From: an uncultured Anaerolineaceae bacterium
GTDB taxonomy: Bacteria; Chloroflexota; Limnocylindria; Limnocylindrales; CSP1-4
Assembly (NCBI GenBank): GCA_964518505.1
Contig: CAZFGT010000004.1
Coordinates: 29,114 to 93,113, forward strand
Length of the DNA stretch: 64,000 nucleotides
Direction of reading: 5' to 3'
Shown in pieces: positions 9,434 to 17,311 of this stretch (positions within the stretch are counted from its first letter, which is position 1; the number at the start of each line of letters is the position of its first letter). The position numbers were made by a program, and so were the translations under genes. The notes beneath the pieces were generated by a model. The model had not been told where the DNA came from and made no database searches. It saw only the letters and a list, made by a program, of their open reading frames with translations.

Positions 9434-10163
9434 GCCCTGACCGCGGCGGCGCCGAAGAGTTCCCCGAGCCTCGCCGCGACGTCGAGCACCGCGGCAGCGG
9501 CCGTGGGCCCGAAGCCGCGGACGGGCAGCACGGGCACCGAGTCCGGCGGGATCGCCCACGCGCTCCACAGGCGGCTGTCCGGGTTGTAAGTCGGTCGCGT
9601 GGCCTGCCAGCCACGGCGCAGCGCGCGGTCGAAGGTGCTCCAGGGGCCGCCCGGGTCGGCCGCCGCCACCTGATGGTCGCGTCCAGGCGCGGGACGAGAG
9701 GCTGCCTTGGTGAGTCTCCACCCCGCCCTGCGGGAGGTGAGAGCGGTTACCGCCATCACGGGCTCCTGGTCTTCCTCGTCCCGCCGCGGCAACGTCGCAT
9801 CGGGACTTGCGCAGGTTCCTTGGCGCGGCCGGGATGCCGGAGGGCCGCTCGGCACCTTCCGGCGGGTCTCTTGGCCCGCGCCCGCACGCGGTCGGAGCAC
9901 CAGCCGTTGACCGGCCGCACCGACGCTGGCGCGGCCGCCGCCCTCGTCGGCGGAGCGACCCGGCCAGCGGGACCTTCGACCCGCGGCAGGTGACCTTCGG
10001 CCCGTTCCGCGCCTGGGCCGGCACCTCCATCCTGTGCCTTCGAACGGACCGCCACTGAACGGACTGCATCCGACGGCGCGAGGACCTACGGCGGGATGCC
10101 GGAGGGTCACGGAGTCGGAACTCTTGTCCCCCAGGCGGTCCGTTCCGATACCCCCCAGCCCAC

Positions 10164-12272
10164 CTACGGGCAGTACTGCGCCGCCTTGCCGATCGCGGCG
10201 TACGGGCACGCCGCCGCGTTGATGAGGTAGAGGATCGCCGCGCGGTTGCGGGCGGTCTGTGGCGCGATGACGCTTTCCGGCGAGTAGACGGGGGCCGAGT
10301 CGGCGCCGGCCGAGGGGTACAGCTCGAACGTGAACGAGAAGATGTGTTCGACGCCGTACATCCAGTCGATCTCGTCCCCGTCGGTGATGTACAGGTCGCT
10401 GGACTGCTCCGGCTTGTAGCCGTTGGTCTTGGCCATCGCCTTGCCCATGGCTACGAACGTCGCGTGGTCGTCCGCCGTCATGTCCGAGGGGATGTCCGTC
10501 TTGGTGTAGCCGTAGGGCCACAGGATCAGCTCGCCGTCGGTGTGGAACGTGACGTGGGTCTTGATCTGCTGGACGCCGTTGACCACGCGGCTGAGGACGA
10601 AGTCGCGCACGGCCTGCGCCTCGGGCGTGCTGAAGGCGGTCTTGCCACGGTAGTTCCAGGCCGAGGCCGAGCTCGACGAGCCGCCGCAACAGCCCCAGTG
10701 GTACGAGTAGTTGCGGTTGATGTCCGTACCCACCGCTGAGGTGCCGGCATTGGGCTGGCGGTTCTTGCGCCACTCGTGGTACGGGCTTCCGGACAGGTCG
10801 TAGACCAGGCCGTCGGGGTTGACGGCGAAGATGATCCAGATACGGCGCGTGTCGACCAGGTTCTTCACCGTCGGGTCGGTCGAGTAGTCGTGCGTGAGCA
10901 TGTGCAGGGCGTACAGCGTCTGCTCCAGGGCCAGATGCTCCAGCGAGTGGTGGAGCCCGTCGATGAGGACCTCCGGCTTGGCCACCGGGTCGCTCACGTC
11001 GCCGCTGACCTCGGCCGCCCAGATGTCGCGACCCTGGTAGCTCTTGCCGATCGAGAAGACCTTCACCAGGTCGGGATACGCCGCCTGCACCGCGTCGATG
11101 TCGACCTCCATGCGCTGGTAGTTGTGGTACAGCGTGGCCCCGGAGGGGTAGTCGGGGCCAGGGGGTGGCACGACGAGCTGGCCTTCCGACCACGCGGCGA
11201 GCTCGTTGGCGACGGCATCGCGGACCGAGGACTGCCCGCCGATCGCCACCAGCGTCGACGGCCGGGCGGCGATGACCGCGTTCCGTGTCGCCACGACGGT
11301 CGGCGTCGCATCGGGGATCACGAGCAGCATGGGCGCGTCCAGCGAGGCCGCCAGGGGCCCTGCGGAGAGGGCGTCCGGGAAGTCCAGGCCGCTGGCCAGG
11401 ACGGCGGTCGTGGCGGTCGGCAGGAAGCGTGCGGCGACGGCTGCGGCGGTGCCGTAGCGGTCGGCGCCCGCCACACGCTCCACGGTCGGGCCAAGCTTCA
11501 CCACGGCGGTCGCCACGGCTGCGCTGACCGCCGCGGTGCTGCCCACGATCACCACGTGGGCCGGGGCCAGGTGGCTGATCTCGGCGGCTTCGCCGTCGGC
11601 GAGGCGGTCGGGTCGCGTCAGGAGCAGGGGGTCGCCTCCGACGCTGGCCGCCGGGGCTGATGACAGCGCGTCCGGGAAAGCCGTCCCCGCCGCCAGGAAG
11701 AGCGTGTCGACGGGCCCGTCCGGGAAGGCGTCCGCCACCAGGGCGATCGATGTGCCGTAGCGGTCGGACCCGGCGATCCGCTCCGGGGTGACGCCAGCGG
11801 CTGTGCCCGCGGCGGCGAGGACGGCGTCACTGACCGAGGTGGTCCCGCCGACCACGACGAGGCGCTGCGGTGCCAGCCGGGTCAGTTCCGCGGCCACCAC
11901 GTCGGGCAGGGTGTCGGCCGGCGTGAGCAGGATGACCCCGTGCTCGCGCGCGGCGACCGGCGCCGCCGAGGCGGCATCCGCGAAACCGGTGCCCGAGGCC
12001 AGGAGGACGACGGGTGCACCGCCATCCGGATAGAGCCGCTGCGAGACGGCCACCGCCGTGGCGTAGCGATCGGTGCCCGCCACCCGGTCGATGGTCACCT
12101 GGGTCGGCGGCGTGGCCGTGCGGCTCAGAGCGGCCAGCAGGGAGTCGGATGAGGCGGGCGGGGGAGACGCCTGGCTCGCTCTCGCCGAACCGCTCACGAC
12201 GAGCCCGCCCAGGAGCACCGGCAGCAGGACGAGGGCGTGCCACGAGCGGCGAGTGGGCCGTCGGTGAGGCAT
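10164..12272 (-). CDS. Secreted cell-wall-binding (3x CWB2 repeat) M14 zinc carboxypeptidase
   Basis: Signal peptide MPHRRPTRRSWHALVLLPVLLGGLVVSGSARA. Three repeats of the ...RIAGxDRYxTxxAVA...FPDxxxxL... CWB2 type. C-terminal M14 motifs are HSLE, NPDG, DINRN and HTDGELILWPYGY. Confidence 0.8.
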   Translation of the reverse strand: MPHRRPTRRSWHALVLLPVLLGGLVVSGSARASQASPPPASSDSLLAALSRTATPPTQVTIDRVAGTDRYATAVAVSQRLYPDGGAPVVLLASGTGFADAASAAPVAAREHGVILLTPADTLPDVVAAELTRLAPQRLVVVGGTTSVSDAVLAAAGTAAGVTPERIAGSDRYGTSIALVADAFPDGPVDTLFLAAGTAFPDALSSAPAASVGGDPLLLTRPDRLADGEAAEISHLAPAHVVIVGSTAAVSAAVATAVVKLGPTVERVAGADRYGTAAAVAARFLPTATTAVLASGLDFPDALSAGPLAASLDAPMLLVIPDATPTVVATRNAVIAARPSTLVAIGGQSSVRDAVANELAAWSEGQLVVPPPGPDYPSGATLYHNYQRMEVDIDAVQAAYPDLVKVFSIGKSYQGRDIWAAEVSGDVSDPVAKPEVLIDGLHHSLEHLALEQTLYALHMLTHDYSTDPTVKNLVDTRRIWIIFAVNPDGLVYDLSGSPYHEWRKNRQPNAGTSAVGTDINRNYSYHWGCCGGSSSSASAWNYRGKTAFSTPEAQAVRDFVLSRVVNGVQQIKTHVTFHTDGELILWPYGYTKTDIPSDMTADDHATFVAMGKAMAKTNGYKPEQSSDLYITDGDEIDWMYGVEHIFSFTFELYPSAGADSAPVYSPESVIAPQTARNRAAILYLINAAACPYAAIGKAAQYCP

Positions 12273-12309
12273 GGGCGACAGGGTGGCGGCCGCGGCCGTG
12301 CGGCGCAAC

Positions 12310-12933
12310 CTACCGGATGGGGCCATCCGCTCCGGCCCGATGGGCCCAGTCCGCTCGGCTGAGGCGGTAGAGCACGTGGCGCCGGTGGGGATCGTCCGGT
12401 GGCAGCGGCGCGTAGTCGAAGTCCTCGGCCGGGTCGTGGCGCATGCCCAGCCGCTCCATCACGCGCCTCGACCGCTCGTGCCCGACGGAGGTCAGGGACA
12501 CGATCTCCGGCAGGCCGACGGTCTCGAAGCCGAAGCGCAATGCCTCACGGGCCGCCTCCGTCGCGTATCCGTGACCCCACGCCGCCCGTGCGAATCGCCA
12601 GCCGACCTCCACGCACGGCGTGAAGGCGGCCTCGAAGGCCTGATAGGCGAGGCCCGTGAAGCCCAGGAAGGCGCCGTCAGCAGGCCGCTCCACGGCCCAC
12701 AGCCCATACCCGCGACGGCCGAACTGGGCCTCGATACGCTCGACGAAGCCGTCGCTGGCGGCACGGTCCAGGGGGTGCGAGAAGAACTCCATGACGTCGG
12801 GATCCGCGTTCAGGCGCGCGAACGGCTCCAGGTCAGCCTCGCGCCAGCGGCGCAGGATGAGACGCGGCGTCGTCAGGGTCGGCCCGGGCTCGGCCACGGG
12901 CCCGATGGCTCGCGGGGCAGCGTCGTCGCTCAT
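12310..12933 (-). CDS. GNAT family N-acetyltransferase (RimJ/RimL-like)
   Basis: 207 aa; TPRLILRRWREADLEPFARLNADPDVMEF... GNAT fold signature. Confidence 0.8.
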   Translation of the reverse strand: MSDDAAPRAIGPVAEPGPTLTTPRLILRRWREADLEPFARLNADPDVMEFFSHPLDRAASDGFVERIEAQFGRRGYGLWAVERPADGAFLGFTGLAYQAFEAAFTPCVEVGWRFARAAWGHGYATEAAREALRFGFETVGLPEIVSLTSVGHERSRRVMERLGMRHDPAEDFDYAPLPPDDPHRRHVLYRLSRADWAHRAGADGPIR

Positions 12934-12962
12934 GCCCCCACCGTACAGGTGTGGTGGACCGT

Positions 12963-12990
12963 CAGAAGCCCGGCTCGGGCCGGGCTTCTG
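12963..12990 (-). terminator. GC-rich hairpin (12-bp perfect stem CAGAAGCCCGGC/GCCGGGCTTCTG, loop TCGG) downstream of the sigma/anti-sigma pair
   Basis: Perfect inverted repeat between anti-sigma stop (13012) and GNAT start (12933); no U-tract, i.e. actinobacterial-style terminator. Confidence 0.4.
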
Positions 12991-13011
12991 GGTCGTGCGG
13001 GTCAGGAACGG

Positions 13012-14433
13012 TCAGGGTGTGGCCGTCCCGAACCAATCCGTGGCGACCGAGCCACTGCTGAACAGGACGCCATCGCGCATCAAGGTCGGCACCGGGTACT
13101 GGTCGGCCAGCATCGCGGGCGCGTCAGGGCCCGTGATGGTGAGCTTCGTCCAGTGGACCCCGTCCGAAGAGATGTAGTAGTCGTTCTGGCCGGCCGAGTC
13201 GCTCGCCGGGCTCGTGCCAGACCGACCGTATGCGAGCAGCCGATTCCCGTCGCTCGTGAAGGACCCGGCCGGTGAGCCGACGCCCTCGCCCTGCTGGATG
13301 GCCCCGAACGGGTCGGCTGTGCTGGGGGCCCAGGAGTGACCGTCGGCCGACCACCAGATCGCATCTGCGCCAGGCGTCATCCCGGGCGTGACTGACAGCG
13401 CCAGGAAGCCGTTCTGGCCGGCCCATACGTTGTTGAAGCCGAGGCCGCTGGTCGAAGGAGCCTTCGCCGCCGACCAGTGCTGCCCATCGGCCGAGTACCA
13501 CGCCAGCGGCTTGGCCGTCGGGGAGGCCTGGTCGCCGCTCCAGCCGACGGCCACGAAGCCGTTGGCATTGACGGCCAGATCGGTGATCTGGGCGACGGCG
13601 GGCCCCGGCAGCGAGATGCGCTGCCAGGTGACGCAGTCCGTGGTGACTAGCAGCGCGGTCCCGTTGGCCGCTCCGCCGCCGGTCTCCGTGTCCGCGACGG
13701 CGACCGAGCCGCGCGCCACGAGGGTCCCACGGCTGTCGTTGTGGAATGGCGCCTGGGTCCACGTCGTGCCGTCGCTGGAAGACCACAAGGTGACGGTGCC
13801 CACGCCTTCTGGTGTCGCGTGGTCCATCTCGACCAGGACCCGGTCGCCACACGCCGTGGCGCTGTTGAAGAGCGTGTCGCCGCTCGCGGCGTCGAAGCCG
13901 AACACCGAGAAGGGCAGTTCGGTCCAAGAGCGCCCGTCCGTCGACGTCCAACCCCGATTGAACCCGTTGGTCGTCTCGGCGCCGATGGCGATGTAGCCAC
14001 CGCTCCACGGCACCACGTTCGCCTGGATCGGCATCGGGGCCGTCAGGGCCGTGACGGTCAGGCCTGTCCACGCGCTGGTGGACACCGCCGGGACCGTCGG
14101 ACCGGGCGTCGGGGTCGGGGCTGGCGTCGCCGTCGGCACCGCGGATGAGCTGGATGTCGCGCTTGGCGTCGGTGACCCACCCGGCGTTACGGGCACGGGG
14201 GTCTGGGTGAACCGCAGGGTCAGCGCGATGATCGCCACGACGGCGACGACCGCCGCCACGGTGACCAGCTGGCGCGGCCACGCGAAGCGGGCCAGCCAGC
14301 CGCCGCCCGCCGACGCGGTGGCAGACGTCATGGAGCGGGTCACGCGGTCGTGGAGGGCGGCCGGAGCGGCCCCCGTGTCGTATCGGGCATGCAGGCGGCG
14401 ACTGAGTCGGGCCTCCAGTTCACGCTCGTCCAT
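13012..14433 (-). CDS. Anti-sigma factor, single-pass membrane protein with extracytoplasmic BNR/Asp-box repeat domain
   Basis: Cytoplasmic N-terminus, TM LVTVAAVVAVVAIIALTL, PT-rich linker, then five or more SxDGxxW(T/S) repeats (STDGRSWT, SSDGTTWT, SADGQHWS, SADGHSWA, SSDGVHWT). Its start overlaps the sigma gene stop by 14 nt. Confidence 0.7.
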   Translation of the reverse strand: MDERELEARLSRRLHARYDTGAAPAALHDRVTRSMTSATASAGGGWLARFAWPRQLVTVAAVVAVVAIIALTLRFTQTPVPVTPGGSPTPSATSSSSAVPTATPAPTPTPGPTVPAVSTSAWTGLTVTALTAPMPIQANVVPWSGGYIAIGAETTNGFNRGWTSTDGRSWTELPFSVFGFDAASGDTLFNSATACGDRVLVEMDHATPEGVGTVTLWSSSDGTTWTQAPFHNDSRGTLVARGSVAVADTETGGGAANGTALLVTTDCVTWQRISLPGPAVAQITDLAVNANGFVAVGWSGDQASPTAKPLAWYSADGQHWSAAKAPSTSGLGFNNVWAGQNGFLALSVTPGMTPGADAIWWSADGHSWAPSTADPFGAIQQGEGVGSPAGSFTSDGNRLLAYGRSGTSPASDSAGQNDYYISSDGVHWTKLTITGPDAPAMLADQYPVPTLMRDGVLFSSGSVATDWFGTATP

Positions 14434-14944
14434 CGGTCGCCTCCAGGGTCGTGCGCAGGGTTCGAAGCGCGTAATGCAGCCGCGACTTGACCGTGCCGAG
14501 CGGCAGGTCGAGGCGGTCCGCGATGTCCTCGAGGCTCATGTCGCGCCAGTAGCGCAGCAGGACCACGAGGCGGTGGTCGGGATCCAATCGATCGAAAGCC
14601 GCGTCAAGGTCGGGGTCGCCCGAGCGATCGGCCGGGTCGGGTGCCGTCCCCTCCCCCGTCCAGGCCGACTGCAGCGCGATCGCGCGGACGCGTTGACGCT
14701 GGCGCCGCCGCAGCCGATCACGGCACCCGTTGATGAGGACCCGCTCGAACCAGGCGTCGAACCGATCCTCGTCGCGCAGCGAGCCGCCTTTCTGCCACGC
14801 CGTCAGGCAGGCATCCTGGACGGCGTCCTCGGCTTCCCGCTCATCCGAAAGGATGGCTCGGGCCAGCCGGTAGCCCCGATCGACTTGTCCCTCGATACGC
14901 CGGGCCAGGGTGTCCCGCCGATCGACCGCCATCACGGTCTCCAC
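14420..14944 (-). CDS. ECF (sigma-70 family) RNA polymerase sigma factor
   Basis: 174 aa; region 2 ...AEDAVQDACLTAWQK... and region 4 ...LSLEDIADRLDLPLGTVKSRLHYAL.... Confidence 0.85.
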   Translation of the reverse strand: METVMAVDRRDTLARRIEGQVDRGYRLARAILSDEREAEDAVQDACLTAWQKGGSLRDEDRFDAWFERVLINGCRDRLRRRQRQRVRAIALQSAWTGEGTAPDPADRSGDPDLDAAFDRLDPDHRLVVLLRYWRDMSLEDIADRLDLPLGTVKSRLHYALRTLRTTLEATDGRA

Positions 14945-14998
14945 ATCTCCCTCGCGAGCCTGTCGTCTGCGGGCTCAGCGTCCGCAGTCACCCTATCC

Positions 14999-15026
14999 GA
15001 CGCGCGACCCGGTCGAAAAGGTTCAA
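14999..15026 (-). promoter_or_regulatory. Putative ECF-type autoregulatory promoter (TGAACC-N17-CGTC) upstream of sigma gene
   Basis: Read on the minus strand as TTGAACCttttcgaccgggtcgcgCGTC, about 50 nt upstream of the sigma start; resembles the AAC-N16/17-CGT ECF consensus. Confidence 0.3.
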
Positions 15027-15094
15027 CGATGCGTAGTGGCGTCGCGCCGATGCCCGCAGCCGGAGCCGGACGCTGATCTGGCATCGCCGCCCAA

Positions 15095-15268
15095 CGTGGT
15101 CAACCGTGACTGGGGGGCACGTTAGAGCCGCTTTCGGCCGCCGGCGGGGCCTGCCGAGGGTCCGGCTGCCCGGCCCTCGTGCTCAGGCTGGTCCATCCAC
15201 GGTCGGGTAGGCAGCCCTGGGACGCCCCGCAACTGCCTTACCGTGCCGGGGAGTCAGATCTGACCACG
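15095..15268 (+). repeat. Intergenic repeat element copy A (~174 bp) with imperfect 26-nt terminal inverted repeats, each containing a GTCA-N4-TGAC palindrome
   Basis: Left end CGTGGTCAACCGTGACTGGGGGGCACGTTAGAGCCG; right end GTGCCGGGGAGTCAGATCTGACCACG. A second copy lies at 40620..40804. Confidence 0.5.
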
Positions 15269-15337
15269 TATGCCACGGGCTCGGCGCGGCGAGGCTTCGG
15301 ACGCCACGGCAGCCGGCGCCTCAACCAGGAGCGTCGG

Positions 15338-17311
15338 TCAGGCGGCCTCGGCGACCGGCGCGGTGAACTGGCTCGAGTAGAGCTCGTAGTAGAAGCCGCG
15401 CTGGGCGAGGAGCGACTCGTGGTCGCCCTGCTCCACGATCTTGCCATGGTTCATGACCAGGATCGTGTGGGCGTCGCGGATGGTCGAGAGGCGGTGCGCG
15501 ATGACGAACGACGTGCGCCCTTCCATGAGCTTGGCCATGGCCCGCTGGATCAGCACCTCGGTGCGGGTGTCGACGGAGCTGGTGGCCTCATCGAGGATGA
15601 GGATCTGGGGGTCGGCCAGGAAGGCGCGGGCGATGGTCAGCAGCTGCTTCTCGCCCTGCGACAGGTTGGTCGCGTCGTCGTCGATGACCGTGTCGTAGCC
15701 CTCGGCCAGCGTGCGCACGAAGTGATCCACGTGCGCGGCCTCGGCGGCGGCCACGATCTGCTCCTCCGTCGCCCCCTCCAGGCCGTAGGCGATGTTCTCG
15801 CGGATCGTGCCGTGGAAGAGCCACGCGTCCTGGAGGACCATGCCGAAGGTGTGGCGCAGGTCGTCACGGGTCATCTCGCGCGTGTCGACACCGTCGACCG
15901 TGATGCGGCCACCGTCGATCTCGTAGAAGCGCATCAGGAGGTTGACGAGGGTCGTCTTGCCGGCACCCGTGGGCCCGACGATGGCGATGGTGTGGCCGGG
16001 CTGCACGACGAGGTTCATGTCGTCGATGAGCGGCACGTCTGGCAGGTAGCGGAACGAGACATCGTCGAACACGACCTGGCCGGCGGCGTGCTCGACCCGC
16101 TGGGGCTCGGCCACGTCGGGGATCTCCTCGGTCTCGTCGAGCAGCTCGAAGGCCCGCTCGGCCGAGGCCACCGCCGACTGGATCACGTTGAGGATGCTGG
16201 CCGTCTGGATGATCGGCTGGGTGAACTGCCGCGAGTACTGCACGAAGGCCTGGACGTCGCCCAGGGTCAGCTGTCCGGAGGCGACTCGCAGGCCGCCGAT
16301 GACGGCCACGCCGACATAGTTGAGGTTGGCGATGAAGCTCATCGCCGGCTGGATGATGCCGGAGATGAACTGGGCCCGGTAGCTGGCGTCGTACAGCTTC
16401 TCGTTCTGCTCCTGGAAGGTGGCCAGGGCTTCCTCCTGGCGGCCGAAGACGGTCACGATGGCGTGCCCGGTGTGCATCTCCTCGACGTGCCCGTTGAGCG
16501 CGCCGGTGATCTTCCACTGCGCCGCGAACTGCTTCTGCGACCGCTTGGCGATGAGCGCGGCGACGATGACCGAGGCGGGCACGGCCAGCAGCGAGATGAC
16601 CGCCAGCTCCGGGCTGATGAGCACCATCATCACGAGCACGCCGATGACGGTCAGGACCGACGTGATGAGCTGGGTGAGGCTTTGCTGGAGCGTCTGGCCG
16701 ATGTTGTCGATGTCGTTGGTGACGCGGCTCAGGATGTCGCCGCGGGGGTGGCTGTCGAAATACTTGAGCGGCAACCGGCCCAGCTTCTCGTCGACGTCGG
16801 TCCGCAGCCGATAGACCGTCCGCTGGGTCACGCCGGCCATGAGGTAGGCCTGGCCCCATGCGAACAGCGAGCTGATGATGAAGATGCCGGCCAGGATGAG
16901 CAGGATCTGACCAAGGGCGCCGAAGTCGATGCCGTGGCCGGGGAGGACGGTCATGCCTGACAGGAGGTCGGCGATCTGGCCCTGACCGGAGGCTCGCAGG
17001 CCGGCCTCCACCTGCGCCTGGGTCAGGTTCGCGGGCAGGTTCTTGCCGATGACGCCGGAGAAGATGATGTCGGTGGCGTTGCCCAGGATGCGTGGCCCCA
17101 GGACCGAGGTCGTCACGCTCACGATGGCCAGGCCGATGACGACGACCACGATGTGCGCCTCTGGGCGGAGGCGGCCGAGCAGGCGGAAGAAGGCGCCGCG
17201 GAAGTCCTTGGGTTTCTCGGCGGGCATGCCCATCATGCCGCCCTGCCAGCGGTTGGGGCCGCCGCCACCGGGCCGCCCCGCGCCACCGCCGACGCCGTGA
17301 GGTCCGCTCAT
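15338..17311 (-). CDS. ABC transporter, fused permease/ATP-binding protein (type I exporter), subunit 2
   Basis: Six-TM ABC_membrane region plus Walker A GPTGAGKTT, signature LSQGEKQLLTIARA and Walker B ILILDEATS. Start chosen at the ATG that overlaps the upstream stop (ATGA, 17311..17308). Confidence 0.85.
   Translation of the reverse strand: MSGPHGVGGGAGRPGGGGPNRWQGGMMGMPAEKPKDFRGAFFRLLGRLRPEAHIVVVVIGLAIVSVTTSVLGPRILGNATDIIFSGVIGKNLPANLTQAQVEAGLRASGQGQIADLLSGMTVLPGHGIDFGALGQILLILAGIFIISSLFAWGQAYLMAGVTQRTVYRLRTDVDEKLGRLPLKYFDSHPRGDILSRVTNDIDNIGQTLQQSLTQLITSVLTVIGVLVMMVLISPELAVISLLAVPASVIVAALIAKRSQKQFAAQWKITGALNGHVEEMHTGHAIVTVFGRQEEALATFQEQNEKLYDASYRAQFISGIIQPAMSFIANLNYVGVAVIGGLRVASGQLTLGDVQAFVQYSRQFTQPIIQTASILNVIQSAVASAERAFELLDETEEIPDVAEPQRVEHAAGQVVFDDVSFRYLPDVPLIDDMNLVVQPGHTIAIVGPTGAGKTTLVNLLMRFYEIDGGRITVDGVDTREMTRDDLRHTFGMVLQDAWLFHGTIRENIAYGLEGATEEQIVAAAEAAHVDHFVRTLAEGYDTVIDDDATNLSQGEKQLLTIARAFLADPQILILDEATSSVDTRTEVLIQRAMAKLMEGRTSFVIAHRLSTIRDAHTILVMNHGKIVEQGDHESLLAQRGFYYELYSSQFTAPVAEAA

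Noticed and set aside
9430-11193. 587-aa minus-strand ORF
   Set aside because: Arg/Gly/Pro-rich frame-shifted shadow of the CWB2-M14 carboxypeptidase gene. Only its last ~108 codons lie outside that gene, and they are discussed as a doubtful ORF.
15179-16960. 593-aa plus-strand ORF and its neighbour 17386..19560 (724 aa)
   Set aside because: Antisense to the two ABC exporter genes, which have clear Walker/signature motifs. The composition is dominated by G, R, D, A, H and V with no motifs.
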